In this document: piece after piece, positions 12,180 through 23,550 of the stretch
Numbering within the stretch: the stretch's first letter is position 1
Layout of the letters: each line of letters starts with the position of its first letter
Assembly (NCBI RefSeq): GCF_030028105.1
Contig: NC_092379.1
Location: 21,305,309-21,369,308 of the forward strand
From: Mobula birostris
Lineage: Eukaryota
Length of the DNA stretch: 64,000 bases
Reading direction: 5' to 3'
Made by a program: the position numbers and the translations under genes
The notes under the pieces: generated by a model
What the model saw: the letters and a program-made list of their open reading frames with translations, nothing else
Databases searched by the model: none
Told to the model about the DNA's origin: nothing

Positions 12180-15100
12180 CAGTGCAATGACTAGATCGTT
12201 ACCTGCTCCAAACATGAAATTAGCAAACAAACTCAAGATAAGCTGGACGATTTTGGAAGGGATCCCGTATGATCTAAGAATTCGGCAGAGGCTTTCCCCA
12301 TGGATGCTGTCAAAAGCTTTTTCAAAGTCCATTAAATTTATGTAAAATTGACTCTGCCACTCTGTGCACTGCTCTGTGATGTTATGCAGCATGAAGATCC
12401 GGTTGACAGAGCCTCTATTCTTCCTGAAGCCTACTTGCTCCTTCTTCAATCACACATCTACAACTTCTGTAATCCGTTGGACAATGACTTTGGTGAGACA
12501 AAAGTGTGATGCCACACCGGTTGTTGCAAGCACTTAGTGCTTCTTTGTTGGGGGTCCTAACTCCCTTTGTCCAGTCTGTGGGCAATTGTCCCCATTCCCA
12601 GATTATAGTGAACAGTGATTGCAGGATGACAGCTGCAACTTTTTGTTCAGCTTTGAACAGTTCGGCTTTCAAATTGTCATGTTCTGGAGCTTTGCTGTTT
12701 CTTAATGATTTAATCACAGTAACAATCCCTTCTTTCTTGGGAGGATCTGCGTTGATGTCAAGGTCCTCTGCATCTACTCAGTAAATCTCTGAAATACCCT
12801 GTCCATCGTGCTTCGGGCTCTTGTCAAAAGTAGACGGTTCTTACCTCTCATGGGGCTACTGGATCTGGCTTGGAAATTTCCGCATAACAATTTTCAGATC
12901 ATGTACATATTTTCCTGATCACATCAACTGGTTGCTGCTGTGGCTGCCACTGCAAGGTTTTCCATGTAGACTCTCTTCTCTATTCTTACAAGCTCTTCAC
13001 TTTCTTGAGAGCTTCAGTGAATGCCAATTGAAGTTTCACTTTAAATCATGTTGACTTTGTACTGAACACTTTCTACCTAATTTTCCATCTTTTTTCTAAG
13101 GCTGTCCATGTTTCCTGCTGTATCCATTCCCTGTTTTTATTTCCAGCTCTGTAATATAGACAAACCTCACTGCTCTCCTTGAACACTGACACAATCTGTT
13201 TCCACATTGTGTTGATCCTGTCTACTCACATCCTCGTTAAAGGCCTAAAATCTGTTCTTAAATTGAATGGTGATGGCAGATCTCACACTGGTGTTATCAT
13301 AGTCCGGTCTGTGAAGTCTGCATTCTGGTTCACGGTCCGGTCCATGTTCCTTATTCCGGGTTTTCCGGTTTTCCCTTGTCCTGTTCTGTGCCTTAAATGA
13401 GGCACATGATTCTCATTTTGGGCTGACTACATAAACAGCTCCTGGGTTCAGCTTCAGTTGCTGGACTGTTCCCCTCCCTCCCCTTCCCCTTCCTTCTGAA
13501 GCCTCGCCTGCTACTTTCACCTGAAGCCTCACCTGTAAACTTCGCCCGAAGCCTCGCTTGCTACCTTCGCCTGTGTCCTCACCTGTAAGACCATCAGGTT
13601 CAACCACCAGGGCAAGATCGGGGCCTAGATAAGGAACTGTCTTTCGTTGTTTGGAACTGTCTCTCTGTGTACACACTTTCACAGGGTAGGTCTGGCTGTT
13701 TGCCACTACCTTGAATTGGAAACTGTCTCTGTATCCACGCCTTTGCTAGGTAGATCCATCCATTTGCCGCTATCTTGTGTTGGGAACCGTCTCTTTATAC
13801 CCTCGCCTCCACTGAGTAGGTCCGGCCATTTGCCACTACCTTGAGTGAACATCTGTCTCTCAGTGTTCTGTGTATGAGTCCCGGCCCAACGTCCTGCTCT
13901 AGAGGAGGGGTCCTGGCACTGTGTAGAGCCCCGGCCTCAAGTCCTATTCCCAAGGAGGGGTTCTGGCTCTGTGTTCCATGTTCCTGTTTTCTCACGACCA
14001 AGGCTCTGCGTTCCTGTCTCCATCGACCAAGGCTCTGCGTTTCTGTCTCTCCCTCAACCAAGGCTCTGTGTTCCTGTCTCCCTCGATCGACCAAGTCAAG
14101 GCTTCGTGTTCTCGTCCTGTCCATGTGCCTCGCCCATTCCAGGCATACCTCGCTCAGCCCAGTGTTGGGGTTCCCTCGTCCTGTCCAGTCCTGTTGCCAC
14201 TCCTCATCCCGTAGCCACAATTTGTCCTAACCTAGATCCGGGGTCCGAACACAAGTCAAGACCCAGGTTCTGGGTCTCTGTCCAGTCTCTGGCTCGGAGT
14301 CCTTGTCCAGGTTCCAAGTTCCTAGTTCCTCGTCCAGGTCCTGCTTTCCTAAGTCTAGAACTAGCCCAGGCCCTGTATCCTAGCCTCATCCAGGGCCTGT
14401 GTCTTGGCCAGTGTAGTTTCTTCCCCACTTCCCTTGCTTGCTTGACCCACCTAGTCCTGTCCCTAGTACTTCAGTGTCTGTGTCTTATATTTGGGTCTTC
14501 TCCCAGTGCCCCCCTTATGACAGGTGTCCTTGAGCTTCTCAACATCAAAATATCTTTGTACGTTTCCTCTGGTCCCAGTGCTTCTCAGCATGAGTTTCAT
14601 CACTGCTGCAGCACGGTGGTGATTATTTCCTGTATCTGCTCTCTCTTCACGTTTACACCCTGTAAGGATCATCTCCACGTACCAATAATCATCAAATGGT
14701 CAAGCTGGATTTTGTCACTTCTATTGGGTGAGCACCCGGTCAGTTTGTGGATTTCATGGTGTGGAAAAGGGTCCCTCCTGTGAACAGATTGTTCATGGCA
14801 CAGAATTCCACCAGACTTTCACCATTGTTATTGATTGTTCGACATCCTTATGCATCCATGACCCTAGTGAAGTGTGATTGTTATTTCTCACTTTGTCATT
14901 TAGATTTCCTATGATGATGATTATGTCATGCGTGGTGTTAACTCTACATCCACTGTTTGTAGAAGATGTCCTTTTCTTCAATGTCACTATTGTTATTTGG
15001 AGCACAGTACTGGATCACAATCATGTTCACTTGCTTCACTCTCAGCCTGACTCTCACCAGCTGACTGTTGATTGGTTTTCACTCCAGCGGACACTTCTCA

Positions 15101-15545
15101 ATGCCTTTCTTCAAAATGACAGTTGCACCATCATGACGCTGACCATCTTCCCTTCCTGAATACAGAACTGTTTCCCCAGTTGCTGCCTTTCATCTGCCAG
15201 ACCCTGTCCATCTGCTTCCACTGACACCAGTGTTCGTTGGATGTAACGACACATTACTGCGGTTGGTTGTGCAAGCTTGCCAGCATTGTACGTGGTTCGT
15301 ACATTCCAAAAAATATTTTTGGTCTTGGTCCTGGTAAAGTTCCCGGCTCCCTTCACCATACACTGCCCCCGTCAGTTTCCTTTCAATACGGACCGTTCCG
15401 CTATGCTTGTCTGACAACTTACTGGGGAGCATCCTGTTACCAGCAACAACAACTTTCCTGTTGTGTGGCTTCAGCTCCCGAGTTCCCTGCATCAATCATC
15501 CTCTTCCCCTCACCGGCTGAAAAAGATCAAAGAGATTTCCTGGGG
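12180..15545 (-). mobile_element. RTE-clade LINE remnant (endonuclease + RT), split by solo LTR 13295-14522
   Basis: WNVRT motif (ORF 15111..15359); EQVGFRKNRG...DFEKAFDSI (ORF 12171..12449); excising the LTR and one TSD restores RYFDVEKLKDT|SVRSAITIQFKNRF. Confidence 0.8.
13295..14522. mobile_element. Solo LTR A (family shared with 17589-18928), TSD GGTGT
   Basis: Termini TATCAT(TG mutated)...ATGACA; GGTGT at 13290-13294 and 14523-14527; internal ~60-bp and ~30-bp tandem arrays. Confidence 0.88.
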
Positions 15546-16081
15546 AGAACTGCTCATGGCTTGACAGTGAAATTCATGGTGCCAGGTCCCCGAAAGAGAA
15601 ACTATCTTATAAATGTAAATTTCACCCATTTCCACCAGGAATCTGTTTAACATTGATTCTCGTGGTGCGGGTGCAGTCAGAAGATTGTGTAATAACTGCT
15701 TTTATTGCTTAATACAATTTCCTGCGAAGACAGTCTCAGACTGTGTCTCCAAGGAGAATATCTGCCCACTGACTGGTGTCTCTCAGTCCCTGTCTCTCAG
15801 GGGGATATCTGTCCACTGACTGGTGTCTCTCATTCTCTCTCGCTGGGATTCTGTATGTTTCAGTTTAAACAAACTGCGAATCGCTGAAATTGATGAATCG
15901 AGCAGAGTGTTTAATCCGGATCTGGTCACTGCTGCTGACCTGCCGCCTGTTGCAGAGACAAACATCTTTTGGGGAATTGAAATCGCTGCTGTGGGTGGGG
16001 ACAGGAAGCCGCGCCTCTAGTTTCAGTGTGTGAGAGCCTGTTCAAACCGCGGCTCCCTCTCTCACTCACAGCCCACGTCCC

Positions 16082-16089
16082 TATTTAAA
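16082..16089 (+). promoter_or_regulatory. TATA-like box (TATTTAAA) of the VH promoter
   Basis: About 90 bp upstream of the leader ATG at 16178; no ATGCAAAT octamer seen nearby. Confidence 0.55.
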
Positions 16090-16177
16090 CAGAGCTCACT
16101 GCGGCTCCTGACAAAGCCGGCCTGAGCTGCAGTCGCCGATCTCAACAGTGTCCAAGTCCGGCTCAGTGTTCAGGGCG

Positions 16178-16223
16178 ATGGGGGTCGTTCCTTATCTCTG
16201 TCTCCTCCTGTCTTGTCTGGCAG
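16178..16223 (+). CDS. IgW: IgW heavy chain leader exon (MGVVPYLCLLLSCLA-G)
   Basis: 46-nt hydrophobic exon, phase-1 donor G|GTGGGT, 110-bp intron ending TTTTTATTGACAG; leader completed by GVRS. Confidence 0.93.
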
Positions 16224-16333
16224 GTGGGTGTCCCGCAGCTTGTCCCCCTCCCGGGACCGGCTGTTTCTCGGAGGCTTTGTGAACCTCTGCCCTTGGGACA
16301 TGTAATTAATTTCGGCTCTTTTTTTATTGACAG

Positions 16334-16647
16334 GCGTGCGGTCCGACATCGTGCTGACACAACCCGAGCCAGCGGTGGTAAAGCCTGGGCAGTCCCACAG
16401 ACTGTCCTGTGCGGTCAGTGGGTTCAGCCTCAGCAGCTATGCAACACACTGGGTGAAACAGGTCCCCGGGAAAGGACTGGAGTGGCTGGTGCAGTATTAT
16501 AGTGAAAGATACAAGCATTACGCGCCTGGAGTCCAGAGCCGGTTCACTGTTTCCAAGGACAGCAGCACCGTCTATCTGCAAATGAACAACCTGAGACTGG
16601 ACGACACGGCCACCTATTACTGTGTGAGACAAAGTGAGGTGTTGGAG
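16334..16647 (+). CDS. IgW: IgW VH segment fused to D-like sequence (DIVLTQPE...TATYYCVR-QSEVLE)
   Basis: Canonical V motifs: LSC, WVKQVPGKGLEWL, RFTVSKD, DTATYYC; 18 extra nt after CVR directly abut a 12-RSS; no 23-RSS after the V. Confidence 0.93.
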
Positions 16648-16675
16648 CACGGTGACAGGGAGCTGAACAGAAACT
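16648..16675 (+). promoter_or_regulatory. 12-bp-spacer RSS: CACGGTG-ACAGGGAGCTGA-ACAGAAACT
   Basis: Heptamer 6/7 and nonamer 7/9 to consensus CACAGTG/ACAAAAACC, spacer exactly 12. Confidence 0.88.
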
Positions 16676-17011
16676 GGTCCCGACAAAGGAGCGTCTGCAG
16701 CGCAGTCTGTCTCAACGGATTCCGCATTGCTGCTTCCCAGAGTCAAAGCTCTGAATCCTAAATTGGACTGCTGGGCGCAAATGTCAATTTTTGGACAATG
16801 AAAAGCCCAAAAAGGATTCGGCTCTGATTCCGCGGAATGGTGGGAGCCGATGTCCACAGACAGGAGAACTGTGAAAATGCTTCTTTAATTCACACACCAG
16901 GAAGAGACAAGGACGGAGTTTGGGATGGAAATCCAGGAAGCGGCTGCTCCCGGTCTGGACAGGGATCATGTTGACATTTTGCTGAGATTATTGGATGTGA
17001 CGGGCAAGTGA

Positions 17012-17050
17012 AGTTACTGCACTGGGTGAATGGGGAGACGGAGCACTGTG
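17012..17050 (-). promoter_or_regulatory. JH 23-bp-spacer RSS: AGTTACTGC-23-CACTGTG
   Basis: Perfect heptamer at 17044-17050 abutting J; nonamer matches GGTTTTTGT at only 5/9. Confidence 0.75.
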
Positions 17051-17098
17051 ACTATCTTGACTACTGGGGCGGAGGAACATCGCTGACAGTGACTTCGG
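17051..17098 (+). CDS. IgW: JH segment (YLDYWGGGTSLTVTS)
   Basis: WGxG motif, phase-1 donor G|GTAAG at 17099. Confidence 0.95.
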
Positions 17099-17588
17099 GT
17101 AAGACCAACTTCTCAATTGTATCTTCACGCAGTAGTGTTTTATTTAATTCACAGTTTTGGCGAATTCGGTGATTCGCCTGAAATCAGTGAGATATTCAGA
17201 GCAAGTACATGAATCTCCCCGAACCGGCGGGTTTCTCTAGAGCCCAGTAACAGTACGAGGGCACATACCCCACCCACCAGTGAACTGTCCACAGACCGGG
17301 AACAGGCTCAGGGGAATGGGGTCGGATCTTGTCACCAGACTGTGCCTTGACACCGGCCGATTGTGCTGAGTGAGCTCAGAGTTTGGCTCAAGTCTGGCTT
17401 CTGATCCTCAGAACCAAATGAAGCCACGTTCAGGGGCGAGAACGATCAGACAGTCTGTTCTGGTGATGTTATTGAAGGAGAAATATTGTCCAGGACACCG
17501 TGGACACAGTTATCCAATGGTCAGGCACAAGGTTAGATTCGGAGTGATCGGAAACAGGGCAGAACATCAAAGCAGATGATTAGTGCAG

Positions 17589-18928
17589 TGTCATGGTCTG
17601 GTCTGTGAAGTCTGCATTCCGGTTCACGGTCCGGTCCATCGCTCCTTATTCCAGGTTTTCCGGTTTTCCCTTGTCCTGTTGCGTGCCTTAATTGAAACAC
17701 ATGGTTTTCATTTTGGGCTAGCTACATAAACAGCTCCTTGGTTCAGTTTCGTTTGCTGGACTGTTCCCTCCCCTTCCCCTTCCTTCTGAATCCTCGCCTG
17801 CTACCTTTGCATGTGTCCTCACCTGTAACGCCATCAGGTTCAACCGCCAGGGCAAGAACGGGACCTTACTGTGTCTAGATAAGCAACTGTCTTTCGTTGT
17901 CTCTTTGTGTCCTTACCTTCGCTAGGTAGGTCTGGCCGTTTGCCGCTACCTTGAGTTAGGAACTGTCTTTGTGTCCATGCCTTCGCTAGGTTGGTCCGGC
18001 CGTTTGCCGTTAAATTGAGTTGGGAACTGCCTCTGTGTCCACACCTTCACTAGGTAGGTCCAGCACTTTGCTGCTACCTTAAGTTGGGAACTATCTCTGT
18101 GTCCACGCCTTCACTAAGTAGGTCCGGCCGTTTGCTGCTACCTTGTGTTGAGAACCGTGTCTTTGTGCCCTCACCTCCCCTGGGTAGGTCTGGCCATTTG
18201 CCGCCACCTTGAGTGTGAATCTGTCTCTCAGTGTTCTGTGTATGAGTCCCGGCCCTATGTCCTGCACCCTAGGGGGTCCTGACACTGTGTTGAGGCCCAT
18301 CTCCAAGTCCTGTTCCAAAAGAGGAGTCCTGGCTCTGCATTCCATGTTTCTGTCTCCCTCGACCAAGGCTCTGCATTCCTGTCTCCCTCGACCATTGCTC
18401 TGCGTTCCTGTCTCCCTCGACCATTGCTCTGCGTTCCTGTCTCCCTCGACCAAGGCTCTGCATTCCTATTCTTTCAAGACCAAGGCTCTGCGTTCCTGTT
18501 CTCCCTCAACCAAGTCAAGGCTTCGTGTTCTAGTCCTGTCCATGTGCCTCGCCCAGCGCGGTGCTGGGGTTCCCTCGGCCTGTACTGGGGTTCTCTCGTC
18601 CTATCCAGGAGTCTCACGTCCAGTCCTGTTGCCACTCCTCGTCCTGTAGCCACGGCTTGTCCTCGCCTAGATCCGGGGTCCGAGCCCGAGTCAAGACCCA
18701 GGTTCTGGGTCCCTGTCCAGTCTCTGGGTCGGAGTCCTCATCCAGGTCCCGCTTTCTAGTCTAGTCCTAGCCCATGCCCAGTATCCTAGCCTCGTCCAGG
18801 GCCTGTGTCTTGTCCAGCATCGTTTCTTCCACACTTCCCTTGCTTGCTTGACACACCGAGTCTTATTCCTAGTACTTCAGTGTCTGTGTCTTGCATTTGG
18901 GTCTGCCATCAATGCCCACCTTATGACA
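17589..18928. mobile_element. Solo LTR B in J-C1 intron, TSD TGCAG
   Basis: Termini TGTCAT...ATGACA; TGCAG at 17584-17588 and 18929-18933; colinear with 13295-14522 but with more tandem units. Confidence 0.9.
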
Positions 18929-20509
18929 TGCAGAGGGATGTATGAACAGTCCACGGAAACCACCACAGCAAAACTGACAAACTTAAACTCAGTTCATAAT
19001 AATCTGCAACCCTTCAGTTTTGCAGATATCCCTCAGGGAAGGAGATCTCTTATCCTTACCCTTCGAGCCTATTTATGACTCCTGACCCTCCAATGTGTTT
19101 GTCTCCAAATGCCCTCTGATTGGCAGCTGAGATGTATAATTCATTCAGACTTTACCGGCAAAGCCTGGATTCCAAAAGATGAATAAATAAATAAAATTTA
19201 CCATCTGTTGTTCATACTACCCGATGTTCTAACGACTGACAATACAGACGAAAATCAGACTGATCTGCTGATTCACCATCGATCATTTTGGACAAATACC
19301 CAGCAAACTGTGCCCACCCAGATCCAGTTCCCTCTTCGCCCCAGCACCTCGTGATCTATCTAGACCCAATTCCCCTCTTCACCCCAGCACCCTGCTATCA
19401 GTTTGATAGGTGTTTTTATCAGTGTTCATCCATCGTCAACGTCGATGAGGACATCAACACCATTCTGATGGTGTCGAGACTAGTGCGTGATTTGGATTTA
19501 AGTGAGGGAGAGTTGCTCAGCATCAGCCTCACTCTGTCTTTCCAATTCCCATCTGGATCCAGTGGCGAGACAGAGTCGAGACTGGAGATGGGACTAGCCA
19601 CAGTAGATGACCAGGACGTCTTCTGTGTCTTGTCCTGCTCTACATGTTCCATGACGCTTGCAGAGACCGCCTTCTTGACCGTTGGACCTTCCATCAGTCT
19701 CGTCAGCTCAATCCGCCAAAGTCTGTCTTCACATGCTGGGATAGACAACTCCCTATCTCACCGAGGGTTCGAGACCCATCGGTTTCCCTCACCTGGTTTA
19801 GCCGGCTTGTCGAAGCCATTACCCAGGGTGTGGCCGCTGTCACATGCAAATAGCTACGGGGAGCCACAGGTGAGAGTTGAGTGTCAGGTGGGAAGCAAAG
19901 ATGGACAAACCACCTTGAAAAGGATGTGACATGTTCCCCCACCAGAGGTGCTACCCCTCCCTGACACCCCTCACAGCCCGGGTGTTTTTATGAAGACCCA
20001 GAGGAACACTGATCGAGACAGAACTGTACTTACCACCTGCTGGTCCCGGGATGTAAAAGATCCTCAGCTGCAAATCTCACCGACTGACATTATTGTGCCT
20101 CCTACACTGCCGACACTGAGCAGCTCAGGGAACATCTGTGGGGTGAGAAACAGAGTTAATGTTTCACTTCAGTGACCTTTCACCAGACTCTGTCAGTCTG
20201 ATTTCTGACAACCACAATGTTTCAAGTTCTATTTTACTGAATTGATTTGATGAAAATAATTTGTTTTTCATTGACTTCTACAATCCCAGAACATCCCAGA
20301 GCCTTTCCTAACCCAGCAAGTACTTCCGCAGTGTGTCTCTTCATATGGGGGGACTGAACATCCAACTTGTCTGCATCTTGTTCCCACAAACTGAACTACA
20401 ACATGACAATCTAGTCTGGGTGATGTTGGAAGGGAATGGCCACTTTTAGTCTACAATTCCTAAAGCTCCCCACCACTGGGAAATCCTCATTTGGAGTCTG
20501 AAAGTTCAA

Positions 20510-21140
20510 AGTAAAGTTTATTATCAGAGTAGATACATGACATCACATACAACTCTCAGATTCATTAGACAATAAACTGTTGAAATGTAACCCTAAATAA
20601 ACAGCAATAAATAATGAGAGCATGAAATAACAAGATAAAGAGTCTTTAAAGTGAGATTATTGTTTATGGGTATGTCTCAATAGATGAGCGTAAATATCTT
20701 CTTTTGTTCAGGAGCCTGATGGTTGAGGGGTAGTAACTGTTCTTGAACCTGGTGGTGTGAGTCCTGAGGCTCTTGTTCCTTCTGCCCTGATGGCAGCAGT
20801 GAGAAAAGAGCCTGGCCTGGGTGGTGAGGATCTTTGATGATAGATGCAGCTTTCTTATGACAGCGTTTCATGTAGATGTGCTCAGTGGTTGGGAGGGGTT
20901 TACCCATTATGTACTTGGGCTAAATCCACAATCTTTTGTAGAATTTTCCATTCAAAGGCATTGATGTTCCCATACCAGGCCGTAATGCAGCCAGTGAATA
21001 CACTTTCCACTACACACCTATAGAAGTTTATCAAGGTTTTTGACATCATGCTGATTCTCCGCAGACTCCTGAGGAAGTAGGGGCACTGTCCTGTTTCCTC
21101 TGCAATTACATTTATTTGCTGGGTCCAGGACAGGTCCTCT
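20510..21140 (-). mobile_element. Rex1-like LINE 3' fragment
   Basis: ORF 20677..20907: KAASIIKDPHHPGQALFSLLPSG. Confidence 0.7.
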
Positions 21141-21739
21141 GAGATAGTGACACCCAGGAAGTTAAAGTTACTGACTGTGCAGTAGATGAATAGATAGATG
21201 CAGATTACTGATGATCATCCTGATGGTCCCAGGTCTTTGGTCCCGTAACTCCCTTGTTGTCAGGGGTTGATGCTGAAAAACAGCAGTGAGGTTCCTCAGA
21301 CCACAGCTGACCATCCCATTCCCCAGCTGCTGAGTACGAGGGAAGCTGACGACTCTGTGGTTTGAATGGTGCTGGCTGTAGCTGGCATTTCCAAAGTGAA
21401 CCATTTACCAGTGTTCAGCCACTTACACTGGAGTCAATCTCACAGTTCCACAGGCCACTGTACCCCGGGATTTACTGAGTGACAGATGCCACCAGAACTG
21501 TCACCACACTCCACCACATGACACGTGGCCTTGCTGGAGTTCCCAGGATTGAACTGTGGATTCCACCTCAATGAGTCCCTCACAGACTAGACTTGTCAAA
21601 GGATCACAGTCACCATTCCTCTGACTGCGATTCTCGGCCTGGTGTGTTTGGCTTGTAATTTCCACAGGCTCGGTGTGGTTGAAATTCTTCCTCAGTTACA
21701 CGTGTTTAATTCAGAGGCGGTGTCAGATGCATTATGTAG

Positions 21740-22480
21740 TGCAGAGGGTACATCAGAGGCACAGAGGGACTTTGGAGTCCTCATGTAAAACTCCCAGAGG
21801 TTAATTTACAGGTTGAGTCTGTGGTAAAGAAAGCAAATGCAATGTTGGCATCCATTTCAAGGGGAATAGAATATAAAAATAAGGAAATAATGCTGAGCCT
21901 TGATAAGACACTAGTCAGACCACACTTAGAGTATTGTTAAGTGTTTTGTGCCCCATATCTCAGAAAGGATGTGTTGTTATTGGAGAGAGTACAGAGAAGT
22001 TCACGAAGATCATTCTGGTAATGAAAGCGTTAACATATGAGGAGCGCTTGGCAGTTTTGAGCCTGTAGTCACTGGAATTTAGAAGAATGTAGGGGAATCT
22101 CATTGAAGCCTACTGAATATTGAAAGGACTGGATCGGGTGGATGTGGAGAGGATGTTTCACATGATGGTGGTATCAGAACGAGACAGCACAGCCTCAAAA
22201 TTGAGGAGTGACCCCTAAGAATGGAAGTAACGAGGAACTTTTTTAGCCAGAGCAGTCTGTGGAATGCTCTGCCACAGACTGTGGTGGAAGCCAGGTCCAT
22301 GCGGGTACTCAAGGTGGAATTTGATCGTTTCCTGGTTGGTCAGGGTATCACAAGATATGGCGAGAAGGCAAGTGTATGTGGTTCAGTGGGATCCGAGATC
22401 AGCCATGATAGAATGGTGGAGCAGACTTGATGGGCTGAATGGCCTAATTCTGCTCCTATGTCTTACAGTCTTATGGTCTG
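21740..22480 (+). mobile_element. CR1 3'-end fragment
   Basis: Typical CR1 3' coding (LVRPHLEY-like) and UTR ending AATGGCCTAATTCTGCTCCTATGTCTT. Confidence 0.7.
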
Positions 22481-23550
22481 ATGGTCGTCTGTTCAGTTGA
22501 ATTCCAGAAGCAGAGACCATTAAACACCCACCACTATATCACACAGATGGTGTTGGAGACAAGGTGCAGATATCCACACAAGGGTTACTTCAGATTCAAC
22601 ATCAATACTGAACAAATCATAATTATTCAAATAAACTACTGCTAAATGTTTACTTTTTCTGTAAACTCCACCAGTCTGTTGCTAATAGACTTTTAAGAAT
22701 CAGGAATTATATTTGGGGAAGAGACAAGGTAAACTTTGATATTTTGTCTGAAATCCAGCACATGGGACATTGGATGACTGTCTCAGTATGGCTGTGGGTG
22801 GGGCGTTGGGGCACACTTGTGACTGTGTGTTCAAGTCTCAACTGTGAGACTGATCCATAGCCTCTGAGCTCAGTGACACAGATTCCCAGCTGGGTGTTGA
22901 AATGGTGAGAGTATTATTTAATGGAGTGAATAATTTTAGAAATTACTGGTTTGTAAACTGTACTGTGCAAAAGCCTTGGGCACATCTATATTGCTAGTGT
23001 GCCTAAAACTTTTTCATAATAACATATTTATCAATGTAGAATGGAGAGTGAGTTTGTAAATCTGGTGAGAGCAAAGGATGTTGGGAATGGTGAGGGTGGA
23101 GCGCTGCGGGATGTGAGTGGGACAGGGGACAGAGAAGGAGTGGCAGGGGCAGGGCTCAGCACGGGTGCAGACACTCCCAACACTGAGACAACAGGCAAGG
23201 TCATTTCATTCCAAACTATTGGTTTATTGATCTTTCCAGAATGTCTCTCTGGTGCTTCCCACTCGCTCCCCTTTCCCACTCTCAGTCCACAATAGAGACC
23301 CACATCAGAATCAGGTTTATCCTCACTCACATCTGTCATGAAATTTGTTTTTGCTTAGTGGCAGAGGTACAGTGCAATACATAAAGTTACTACTGTGTGT
23401 GTTGGCGGTGGGGGGGGGGGGTTAGTCCAGCTATGTGGCTAAGACTTCAGCACAGTACTGTAGTAATTGTAGTGGATAACATGTCTCCTTCTTTGTCTGC
23501 CAGTAATGCATTGATTTACGGAAACTTCTGTGAATTTCTTTGCATTTCAG

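Noticed and set aside
13795-14783. Long ORFs within the solo LTRs (also 18091..18759)
   Set aside because: Translations of GC-rich tandem arrays in several frames; no domain.
16630-16668. CAAAGTG as a functional 23-RSS for VH
   Set aside because: The CAC core is broken and the nonamer position reads GAGCTGAAC; the downstream 12-RSS fits far better.
16846-16873. AACTGTG as a D-segment heptamer between V and J
   Set aside because: No nonamer at 12 or 23 bp and no partner RSS.
13680-18520. Tandem arrays as CRISPR-like or class-switch regions
   Set aside because: Eukaryotic context, no unique spacers, and the arrays lie inside TSD-bounded LTRs.
19288-19929. 213-aa ORF and overlapping antisense ORFs in the J-C intron
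   Set aside because: No recognisable domain; TTG start; looks like unclassified repeat sequence.
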